From Amphiscolops sp. MND2022 (Eukaryota), in contig OZ076409.1 in assembly GCA_964187785.1 (NCBI GenBank), positions 77,378,001 through 77,438,000 of the forward strand: 60,000 bases of DNA. Reading direction: 5' to 3'. Positions 1-11,585 of the stretch are shown here, piece after piece (the first letter of the stretch is position 1; each line of letters starts with the position of its first letter). The notes under the pieces are model-generated. The model was given only the letters and a program-made list of their open reading frames with translations. It did no database searches and was not told the DNA's origin. The translations under genes and the position numbers were made by a program.

Positions 1-2280
1 ATCTGTTTGCAGACAATAGACCTAACCACTATGAACAAAATTCTCAAGATTAACAAAATTTACATTTTAACACTAACAATTATACTGAAGATGATAACAC
101 CGATCAGGAAAATACAACCCAACAACAAAATCAACCTGAAAACTATAACGATAATGAGTTTACTACCCAAGAATCTACAATTTCAACACATAATCCATCA
201 CAAACAGGGACATCAACATCAGTACATACTCAATCTTTTAGAGTTCCCACTAGAGTTGTAAACCAAAGACAAACTACACATAGTCCTCAATCTCACTTAG
301 CTACATCTCCAAACCGTAATATAACTTTTAACCTTCCACATACAGATGACACACACGATGAAACCCATGATACATTACAGGATGATATTCTGACTACATC
401 TAGTGCTCAGAATACTTCTGTTAATGTTGCATCTCCAAAAAGAACTAATCCTGATTATACAAGATACATCACTCGACCTAGATATGATCCTCCATCAATT
501 CCCTCCGCCTTTCGCTCAAACAGATCGACCTCTTCCAACAACAATTTTAATGATAATCCCCAAACTTCCAATCGATATAACGATCCATTTAATTATAACT
601 TTATCCTCTATCAAATACAACTAACAATACAAATACCAACCAACATCACTCTCAAATTAATACAACTTCAACAACACAAAACCCCTTCATACAATTATCA
701 AATACCAATACTTCACAGAATATATATTCTCAAAATCAAGGAACCTCGTATACTTCCACTTCTTATTCTAATATCACACAGGATTCTCAAAGAAGACTTC
801 ATAATCCTCCACTTACACATATACCAACTGATCCTCTGTATCAAATGCATCCAAATCCAAATCCTAACCTTAATCCTAATCCATTACCACCAAATACAAT
901 CCAACATATACCTCCTCAACTCACACAACAATTAGCCCCTCCACCCCAATATTTACAAATGCCACAAGATACCTTTATACACATGTCCGCTTCAATACCA
1001 GAACCTATGAAACCTTTTGATGGTTTGGACCATTCTTATACCCCTGAAGAATATCTACAACAAGTCGAAGCAAGATTAACCTTCGCCATAGGTGAAGAAC
1101 CTCAAAATAATCCTATAAAAAACAAATCTAGGCATAACAGACGCATGGCTTACATACAATGTTCATTAACAGGAACAGCTCTCGATTGGTACACTAACCT
1201 CCATATATCATATAAACAACAATGGAATTCTTTTGTACAATTATTCAAAAAACAATTCTCATCTCAAACCACTGCTTACTACGCACAAGTAGAATCTATG
1301 TCACTCATGAAAAAGGATAATGAAACGGTTCGCCATTTCGCCTTTAGAGTACAACAATTAGTTAAAAAGGGATGGTGTTATGAAAATGCAGCTACCATAA
1401 ATCTCAAAATAATGAAATCTTTACAAAAGGGTTACCAAAAAAGTTAAAAGATTTTGCCCATAAACGACAAATTAAACATGTATCAACATTACTTGAACCT
1501 TCAATACCATTTCACACACTTGTTAGACATGTCGATTCTGAAGATATTGCTAATCAAAAAATTAGAACTAACGACTTAGCTCTAGAAATAAACAAAGTAT
1601 CGCTTGAAGATGATACTAACAAAAAAGAATTTGAACATGAAGATCAGATAATGGTTACTCAATCTGGAGACCCAAATAACAAAAGCAAACCAGCGTATAG
1701 AAAATATTGTTCCTATTGTCACAAAAATAATCATAGTATTTCAATTTGTTATCAAAAACAACGTGATGACGAATACCAGAAATACAATAACCAAAGATCA
1801 CGAACTCCTCAACAATCCTTTGTACAATATTTTCGCAGTAAACCTAATAATCCTCAAGAAAATCGAAATGACAATACAAATCCTTAATCCTCAGATAATG
1901 ATCGTAATAAATATAATCAAAATCACTATAATGATAGATACAGAAACAATGATAGATATCGTAGCAATAGTAGAGAATATTCGCAAAACAACTATAGATC
2001 AAACTCTCGACAAAGATATTATAATCGATCCCGAAGTCCGTATAGATCTCGATTTGATAATTATTATCAAAGAAGAACTCCATCTAGATCTCCATATAGA
2101 TCTCCATACAGAAATAACTCAAATTACAGATATAATTCTCGCTCAAGATACAGATCTCGTTCTCAATCACAAGGAAACTCCTTTAAACGATATAATTATC
2201 CATATAGATCTCCATCAAGACCTAGAGATTTTAGATCAAGATCTAGAACACCCTCAAGAAACAGACAACAAAACAGAATA
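1..2280 (+). pseudogene. gag: gag: long Q/N/T/P-rich N-terminus, capsid-like domain, CCHC zinc knuckle, RS/Y-rich basic tail
   Basis: MKPFDGLD...EEYLQQVE...SLTGTALDWY...WNSFVQLFKKQF (retrotransposon gag-like, ORF 845-1447). Frameshift ~1410 resumes as NEIFTKGLPKKLKDF. CSYCHKNNHSISIC (CX2CX4HX4C) at ~1708-1749. In-frame TAA 1885-1887, then RSRSPYRSR...RTPSRSPYRSPY in the same frame as pol. Confidence 0.88.
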
Positions 2281-5200
2281 AATCAAGTAGACGTTAAATC
2301 TGCAAAAGAAAATGATAGTACAAAATTTGAAATCCACACCTGTCAATTAACTGAAATAGCTAATACAATCACTACTTATAGTTGGTTTTATCCACTATAT
2401 ATTCACGCTTCTGAAACAAATGATAACATATTACCTTCAAAATTAGAAATCTTATTCCTCTTAGATACTGGAGCATCCATATCTGTTTTGAATTTACCAA
2501 CATTTCATGTAATTTCCAAACAATTAAACATCAATGTTCCAACTAACCTCCAAAACAAAAGAGCCAAAACTTTTACAGTTGCAAACCAAACTGAAGTACC
2601 AATAATACATTATATTTCGATGACCTGTTTCACTGTAGTAAATCACAAAACACGATCCTTCATTATCGATTTCGCCGTAGCAAATATCAAGTTCAACATT
2701 CTTGGAACACCCTTTTTCAAAAAACACATCCAAATTATTGATTTTCAACAAAATATTATGACGTACATAGAACAACATCCAAAGCTTCCAACAAAAACAA
2801 CATTTTCCACATTTACAGAAAAAGATTACCCATATATTTCTTACATTTATACTTATAAATGTAAGGAACCAAATCACTTTAAACCAAGGTCAGGAAAAAC
2901 CATACATTTCCCAATTAAAAACTATTCAAATCTACATTTTGAACTTGAAGATAATACAAAATTCGATCCAACCAACCCATATACATACTTCTTACAAAAA
3001 TTCAAAAATATCTTTCATTTCTTAGATATGATAGTCAATGAAAAAAGCAAAGACTCTTGTGCAACCATAATTCAAAACTTTACATCTTACCCAGCTACAT
3101 TACCACGAGGAATTATTGGATATATAGAAATACCTATTACTCAAACAACTCCTCCTCACTACAGAGTTAACGATGTAAATTCACTTATTCACTCTGTAAT
3201 ACATGCGTATCACCCTGATACCACAACTCCGATTAAACAAAATCCTTATGTAGATATGAACTTATGTACTAGGGTAACACCACAATCCCTATTAGAAATT
3301 AACAAGATAGAAATCAACGACAAAACACTTCAACTTCCTATACCTTCTGTTACTGGAAACCTTCGACCCTCAAATAAAATTCGAAAGGATTTCCCTCCAT
3401 TACCCTATTCTACAGAAAATCAACAATTCATAAAGAAGTTCAATTTTGAATACTCAGATTTAACCGATACAGAATATGTAAACCTCTGCAATATTCTGAT
3501 TGATAACCAAAATTGTTACGCCAAACATAAGAACGACGTAGGAAAGATTTCTACTCCCTTCCGAATTAGAATAAAAGATAATTGTAAACTTCACACACAA
3601 AGACCTTCTAAAGTACCTATTCACTATAGAGATAGACTAAATAAACTTTTATTAGAACTTGAAAAATACAACATCATAAAACAAATTGGTTCAACAACAG
3701 ATGAAAAACATACTATTGGAACAACATTTTTAAACCCTTTAATTATTATCCCAAAAGGAGACGCAATAAAAGTTGTCTTAGACGCAAGACATCTAAACTC
3801 AGACACTAACCAAGAACTTGAATCTTGGCCTATTGAACCTTTAGCTCCTCAATTAGCTAGAGCCAATAAAAAATACAAATCAACTATTGATCTAATGTAT
3901 GCATATGCTCATACACCATTAGACGAAGAAACAATTAAACTTACAGGATTTTCATCCGGTGACAAATTATACGCCTTTATCCGTGCATTTTATGGATTAA
4001 AGGAACTTCCAAACTTTTTTACAAAACAAATGTCAACTTTCTTTAGATCGCTTATAGACGAACGTTCTGCGTTAGTTTATATCGATGATATTTTATTACT
4101 CACAAACGAAAAACAAGAAATGTTTGAACTTATAAAAGAATTCCATACAATAGCATCTCGAGAAAATCTCAAACTTGCACCTGAAAAATCATTCTACATG
4201 TTACTCAAAGTAAAATTCCTTGGACATGAAATTGGTAACAACACAATTAAACCAATTCCATCCAAAATTGAAGCCATTAAAAGAATTCCATCACCAAAAG
4301 AAAAGAAAGATGTTATGCAATTTCTTGGCAGTGTTAACTATTATTCAAAATTCATTGAAAAACTTCATATAAACCTTAAACCATTGTATACATTACTACA
4401 TGATGATGTTAAATTTCAATGGACACCTGAATTAGAAAAAATATTTCAAAATGTTAAAAATACAATGACAGCAAACACTGAATTAACAATACCCAACACC
4501 ACGCATCCATTTTCATAACAGTAGATGCTTCGTTAGTAGGTTTAGGCGCAGTCTTGTTCCAAATGAACGAAGAAAATAAGATGAAAGTAATCTCCTATAA
4601 CTCCAGAATTCTTAACACACAAGAACAAAAACTTTCAACTTTAGATAGAGAACTTCTTGCAATAGTTTACGCATTGCAAATATATGAATTTTTGATCATT
4701 GGATCTCCTCATCCTATATACCTCTTCACAGATCACAAGCCTTTACTACATTGTTTCGCAAAGAAAGGAAATCTTAGTCCTAGATTCTATAGAGCACAAA
4801 TGCAACTAACCAAATTCTCCAAACTAAAAATCATTCATACCCTTGGAAAAAATTTAACTGTAGCAGATATGCTTTCACGAACCCTTACAAAAGAACAGCT
4901 ACAAGTACACCAATTACGACACCAACAATTACCACCTCAAATAGATTTCTCTATCATGAAAGATAATCAACTCAAACCAGTACATTATTTAGTAAAACAT
5001 GAAAAAATAAAATATAATCAAAAGAATGATTGTCATTCTATCCTTGCTGACTACGGAGACGACCAATTCTCTATCCGTATAAATAACAAAGGAGAAGAAA
5101 TACACATAAAGCCTTTAGATTCCTTCTCTTTTCAATCTATTGTTCCATTCGAATCAAAATATAAAAAGCCTACAAAAAACCAAGCAAAATCTCTTTTACA

Positions 5201-7223
5201 ACAATCGACAATTCTTAATGATACTGACATTCTTAGTGATGACGATGAAATAACTCAATCAAATAATATCCAACAACAAAACTCAGACATAGTAAAAGAA
5301 CACACCCTTGCTATACAATATCCTACCAAATCCGACTATTGTAAACAACAAGTTCCATTTTTTGATCCATCCTTTTTCAAATACAAACAATATTTTAATT
5401 ACTTCTTCCTACCAGGAGATACACAATTAACCATTGAAACAATAAAAGCTCAACCAAACCAAGATACTGTTTTACAAAAGGTTTACGAATGGATACTTAA
5501 TAATGAAAGACCCTTACAAATAGACCCAACAATTGCAGCTAATTCTTTCTTATTAGTATATTACAAAATCTTCAACCAATTATATATTAATCATGATACA
5601 AAAATTATCCACAAAGTTTATCCTAATCTTCACGATTCCAACCCGAATCAAAGAGACAAAATATGTCTACCATTTAAACTTTTCCACGCAGCTTTTAACA
5701 AACTTCATGCTCATGGACATTCAGGAATAAAATTATCCATCAAAGCTTTCAACCAATTTTACTTCATACCGTACTTGAATAAATGGATGTCAATATTCAT
5801 CCATGATTGCATTGAATGCCAACAAAATAAACATATTAACCAAAAATTACAAACTGCATCTATACAAACCTTCTCAGAAAATGCTTCATATTTTAATTAC
5901 CGAATATCAATGGATACAAAAGGACCTATAAACCCACCATCAAATCAAAATTCATACATTCATGTTATAGTAGACGCTTTTAGTCACTTTGTAGTAACAG
6001 TACCTATAAAACAAAATAATGCTCAAAACGCTGCTAACTCATTACTACATCATTGGATAACAAAACTTGGACCTCCTGTATATCTAGTTACCGACCGTGG
6101 AACAGAATACATTAATTCAGAATTTGCAAATCTTTGTACCACAATGGGAATTAGACATTCACCAAGAACTCCTTATGCACCATGGACAAATGGTTTAGTT
6201 GAAAATCAAAACAGAAATCTTGGAACTCATCTCAGACTTTTCTTACATAACACTCCAGAAAATTGGTCAACTCAAGTTCATATGTATGCTTATGCACATA
6301 ATTCACAACCACTTTCTGAATTAAACTTATCTCCATATGAAATAGTATTCCATACTATACCCAGAATTCCAATCAACTTTGAACTCAATCTCCAAAGAGA
6401 TACATATAGAAATTGTACTTCTCAATATTGTCAAGAATTACCACTTCATACACACTATGACAAATCAAATCTAAACCCTTTCTTTCATAAAGTTTTATCT
6501 AAACCAATTCCACAATGGATCTTAGCTACTGAAACTGCTATGATACAGATATACCATACAGTATATGAAAACACAAAAAGAAAGATTAATTCCTATGCTT
6601 ATTTTAACAAAACATATCACAATCCAAGACCCTTAGATATTGGTACATTTGTACTAAAAAGAAACTTTCTCCATGTTCATTTTTCCGATAAATTAAAACC
6701 TCTCAGAATTGGCCCATTCAAAGTTATTAACAAAATCTCCGACATAACATATGAAATTGTTAATCAAGATGGTTATACATCGCACATACATAGAAATCAT
6801 TTAATTCCTTATCATCCAAAAGAACCAGTTATTTTTCCTTTCCTACAACAATATAATCCTCATTTATTTAATGACTGTCATTCAAATATAAACGATTAAA
6901 TAATTAACTCTGATGAAGACAAATTTACTGACGAAGAACAAATTCCTTCCACAACATCTAATGAAGAAACGGATATACCATTCACGATTGACTTACAACC
7001 AGAATCATTTAGCCAATATTCTTCATTTCCATATAAACAAAAAGAACAAATTCCTCAAAATACCTACCTGGGTAACCAATCAGATATTCATGACTATTAT
7101 AATTTTAATAATCCACGAAGACACTCCTATAATAGATACAATTTCCGCCCACAACCAAGAAAAGACTACCGACTTTTCCTTGGTGAAAACGATATAATTT
7201 CACTTTCTCAAAAATCCTGCTGA
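2281..7223 (+). pseudogene. pol: pol: aspartic protease, reverse transcriptase, RNase H, integrase
   Basis: FLLDTGAS (DTG 2464-2472); RT YIDD 4078-4089 and KVKFLGH; frameshift ~4513, then TVDASLVGLGAVLFQ...RELLAIV...TDHKPL...ADMLSR (RH); HAHGH...CIEC, SMDTKGP, VDAFS, TDRGTEY, NGLVENQN, GPF (IN). After TAA 6897-6899 the same frame runs on to TGA 7221-7223. Confidence 0.95.
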
Positions 7224-7385
7224 AATACGGAATACAGAAAAAAGCACACCAAGAAAATTTGAAAGAAAAGCAAAAGTTTGAAGCTTACTGTGAAACTGAA
7301 TGAAAAATATTTCACAAGTGATAATAAACGAAAGAAATCGATATGAAACTATAACTATTTTATAAATTGAGACAAATAACCTTAA

Positions 7386-8855
7386 CACAAAGATTTCAAA
7401 ATTGATAGACATATTCACTCGCCATCATCAACCACAAATAACTCTTCTTCTAGTTCAACACATTCACTCCAAAGATTACCTGAATATACAGCATATTTAA
7501 ACTCAGATACAGACATACTGGATTCCTCATCCTCAAATCCCAGTCCATCCGCTCCATATACTCTTGATAGAGTACCAACAACACCCACCAATACACCTAT
7601 AACCCAAACTCAAACATTAATATTAACAACTCAATCACAACCTATTTCACGAAATCTAACATTTGTAAAAACAAATTCACCACTTTCTGACTCTAATGAT
7701 GAAACACCTACAATACCAAATACACAAGATACTTCAAATATTTTAAATAGACCTCCTCTTCCACCGATTACTACCACTCGTTCTATTCATATCCCTGATC
7801 CTAGCTCAGTCCTACAATACATAAATTCTTGTCCACATAAAGTACCAACCGCAACGAAAACAAAAAGAAAAACTCCTTTACCTACATTACCACAAAATCT
7901 TGATTTACCATCATCAAGTAATACTCCAATAACACTTTTACCAGAACCTTCATTGAAATCACCAACAAAGAAAACACAACAACACCCAACTCCTTCACCA
8001 TCTGAACTAAGTTCATTCATATTTTCTCAAATATATCCCAAGCTTGAATTAAAACGTGTACATTCAACCACCACCTCTTCTTTAACAGATTTATATCATA
8101 AAGATAAAGATTCTGACTCAACTGCTAGTACTAGAGTACCAAGACATAATTATAACCTTCGATCTCAACAACAAAGAAATTCTCAAGAATTACAATCTTT
8201 AACTAGTTCAAGTACAAACTCAAGACTACTTCGACAGCACGCCCAACCCAGATTGGAAACTTCTTCTCTTTCCTCATCTCAACCCACTATACCATCTTCT
8301 CTATCACTACCATTTCAAATCACATCAGGATTTGAAACAGCTTCTCTTCTTTCTGAAGAGCCAGTAACTATATCAGATAGCGCAGCCAATTTTTCACGAG
8401 TTTACTCACCTAGTTCAATAACATCAAACTCTTCCATACAATTACCTGAATATTTTTTAGAAGATTTCTCAATACCTCCATCACCAAATCCTCACGAATA
8501 TCCTATTCGTGTTAATTCAAAAATTGTTCGCACGCTTAACGAAGATCCTCGATACACGGTCTTACCTGCAAGATTTATAAACAACAGTTCACTCTCAACT
8601 CAAAGAAAACAAAGAGAACTACGAAGATTACAAGAACAACAACTCACATTAAAATTTGAAGTAGAAGTCACATTCAACTCGCTAGGACCTCATCCATTCT
8701 CTCTGTCAACAAGAGTAGCACACAAAACAACCCCATCACCATTCATAGTCACATCCATTTCTTACCTTTGTGACGCAGATTTACCTGAGATTAGAACAGG
8801 ACATATAAACTTTTTTAATCCCTACTCCGGACTCAATTATAGATCAATATTTTAA
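7386..8855 (+). CDS. ORF2 of the retroelement: Ser/Thr/Pro-rich protein of unknown function with a possibly globular C-terminal ~110 aa
   Basis: The frame of ORF 7953-8855 is open back to a TAA at 7383-7385 (~490 codons, start codon not evident). Contains PSAP (7545-7556), YPKL (8034-8045) and HNYNLRS. It stops 2 nt before the env ATG. Confidence 0.7.
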   Translation, partial: HKDFKIDRHIHSPSSTTNNSSSSSTHSLQRLPEYTAYLNSDTDILDSSSSNPSPSAPYTLDRVPTTPTNTPITQTQTLILTTQSQPISRNLTFVKTNSPLSDSNDETPTIPNTQDTSNILNRPPLPPITTTRSIHIPDPSSVLQYINSCPHKVPTATKTKRKTPLPTLPQNLDLPSSSNTPITLLPEPSLKSPTKKTQQHPTPSPSELSSFIFSQIYPKLELKRVHSTTTSSLTDLYHKDKDSDSTASTRVPRHNYNLRSQQQRNSQELQSLTSSSTNSRLLRQHAQPRLETSSLSSSQPTIPSSLSLPFQITSGFETASLLSEEPVTISDSAANFSRVYSPSSITSNSSIQLPEYFLEDFSIPPSPNPHEYPIRVNSKIVRTLNEDPRYTVLPARFINNSSLSTQRKQRELRRLQEQQLTLKFEVEVTFNSLGPHPFSLSTRVAHKTTPSPFIVTSISYLCDADLPEIRTGHINFFNPYSGLNYRSIF

Positions 8856-8857
8856 CC

Positions 8858-11429
8858 ATGAACCAAACCACCTTTACCCTATATTTAATATACACAATAC
8901 AAGTTGTTAAATACACATATATAATACACATAGTCCACTCTTTAGTTCACCCTTCAACTGTTCCTAAAGTTGACACCACCAATTCTGAAAATCATATTTC
9001 AAACCAAGATCCTAACATTTTAAACTTGATGGTATCTCATTATGATTGTGCAAAACAAAACAACTTAAGACAATTCAGTTTATTAAATGTAGAACCATGT
9101 AAACAAGCACCCTCAGATATACAACACACAAACACCCAAGCAACAGTTTATGTTAGAGCAAAAGCTAAAAGAATATAAGCCTTTAAATGCGAAGCATATA
9201 TAAAGACTGAGAAAGTCTGGTGTTCACAAACATTCACATCTAGTAGACGATATGATCGTTCACAATGGGGACAAAACACATTAGAACTTCCAAAATTATT
9301 GGACCCTATTGAATGCAAAAAATATGATCAGATATTTAAACGCGACTGATAGCGAAGAACTAAACAACTACAATATACAAAGCTCTTTCTCATTGTTCGA
9401 CGATAGTAATTATCAAAACACAATTGAACGAATTCAGACACCATTTAGAGTAAAAAAATTGAATACATGGCATATTGGAACCTTCGTATTTGATGAAAAT
9501 TATCCTGACTGGATAGTTAATGTTACACAAAATACATACTCCAGATGTCGATCAGACCGAGAACATTTAATTACCCGACAAAGTCGGAAACTTAGAATTG
9601 TTAACACCGCAATAGTATATGACGACAAAAACAATCAATTAATACATGACGGACACATATTACCATGTTATCATTCAGACGGATTTTGTAAACCAACGAC
9701 CAAAACTCCATATACATTAACATGGTTTGATGAAAAATTTTGCCTCATATTTCAACTTCAAGAATTCCTTGGTAGAATGACACGAATCAAAGATAGATAC
9801 TGGATAGAAACCGATACCTTCATTGAAACTTCAAACATCACACAAAAACTTAAACCGAAGGAATACAAGGAACAAGATATCCTAATGTAAAAACACAACA
9901 ATCAAAAGTAGGCAATCCAAGCCTTTCTCGATTTGAAATATACCCAATTGCACAAACCTTCTGTGGAAAACCTGAACCATTATTTTCAACACAATATGAT
10001 GACATCTTTGTTACATATTTAGATGGTTTTGATATGAACACAGGATTACCAAAACCACACTCAATAATTGACCAAACAATTAGTGGAAATATAAAATATG
10101 ATGATTCAAACAAAAGGTATATATTCCCTGCATTAAATATATCAATCAATTTCGCCACTTTAGATTATGATGCCCACATTAATACAAAATTTGATTTCAC
10201 AATAAATCATGTATTTAAATCCATGACAGTACAAGAACTAAACACTCTTCATACAATATGTGAACTGGAAAGAACTCAACTATAAACGATCTTACCTGTC
10301 AGTTAAAAATCCTCAATTAGCCGGTTTTCTTTTAATTGGAAATCGTAGTAACTTTCTCTACGTTGAAGGATCTACAGCATGGCTGTATGATTGCCCTCAT
10401 TTTATATCACCACTATACAAGGCAGACAAATGCTTTGATAGAATTCCTATACACTACAGAGAAACGATAATGTATGTTGACCCAATAACAAGACAAACTT
10501 TTAACTATGCAACACCAATTGAATGGGGAAATAACCCACAAAATATAATAGAATTAGATCCAGATTCTAACGGAGATTTTTATGTGTTAACACCAGAACC
10601 ACTTAAACGAGAAGCACCACAAATGTTTAAACCTACCCAAATTAAAACAACAATCACTCCTAATACATTTACCGCCCAAGATGCCGGTATATACTCAAAT
10701 GCAGAATTAGATCATTTCTGGAATAGAGTACTATTTGCTAAACATTCTGACACAACTCTCCTATTACTTGGAAAATCATTAAGCTATGATTTCATCTCAA
10801 TGCATAATGATAAACACTCATACTCAGGACATAATCCCTATAATCATTTAAGGATTGGAGTACATGACCACTTGTTAAACCTTTTACCACTTTTTAACCC
10901 TGACTGGTTCAGTCAATCATTCATTAATTTCTTTGGATATCCATGTTTTGTTTTAACTCAATGTGGAATTTATTTTTCAACATTTCTTTTCATTAGAGAA
11001 GTTTTAACATTTTTACTCAAATTCTACAGAACAATTAGCATAAAATATAATCTCCAAAGCAACATTTCCATTTTGAGTTCAATAGCCCATGGATTTTTAA
11101 ATATAGTTACATCGGAAATGGTAACCGATTTAAACAATACAGGAAAACGAAAACGGATATATACTAAACACAAAATTACAACAAGTGAAAATGATACTAT
11201 CCTATTGCCGGAAAAAGAACTAAACAATAAACGAAGACACTCTGATACTGACTTCCCTTATTTACCTCCTAAATATTCCAGTAAGAATTCAACATTTCAA
11301 TCACCGCAAAAGACACACCCAACTAATGTAAACGATATTAATTCTCAGGACTATGACCCAATAATGTCAAATGTAATAGCTGTACCGGAAAGTCCTGCTA
11401 AAGTCTTTACAAAATTCAATCCCTCCTAG
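8858..11429 (+). pseudogene. env: env: viral fusion glycoprotein resembling chuvirus G / herpesvirus gB-type (class III) proteins
   Basis: Hydrophobic N-terminus; HYDC...FSLLNVEPC; LHTICELERTQLLTILA...NPQLAGFLL; WLYDCP; CFDRIPIHY...YVDPITR...PIECG; AGIYSNAELD; C-terminal hydrophobic TM and basic tail. These motifs match my recollection of chuvirus-like glycoproteins. Disrupted by TAA 9176 and frameshifts ~9320, ~9850, ~10297. Confidence 0.8.
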
Positions 11430-11585
11430 CTGAAAAACAATAACTTAAAATACAAATTAACCTCAGAAAAAGTTCAAAAAATTATCAACTAAATTCTTCT
11501 CGGTATTAACTTTCATTCAAACCCAAATTCTCACTCGGACCGGTCTCTCCTTTTCAACTCAACAACAAATTCACTTGCCCACCAC

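Noticed and set aside
7..624. ORFs 7-261 and 403-624 (also 1763-2281 and 6913-7197) as separate genes
   Set aside because: Ile/Leu-rich shadow frames of the A/C-biased gag-pol; the meaningful translation is in another frame.
1..7223. Classification as a true retrovirus (foamy-like) or BEL/Pao element
   Set aside because: Single CCHC, YIDD RT directly followed by a Ty3/Gypsy-type RNase H and a GPF-bearing integrase fit Ty3/Gypsy better; a phylogeny is needed for a definitive call.
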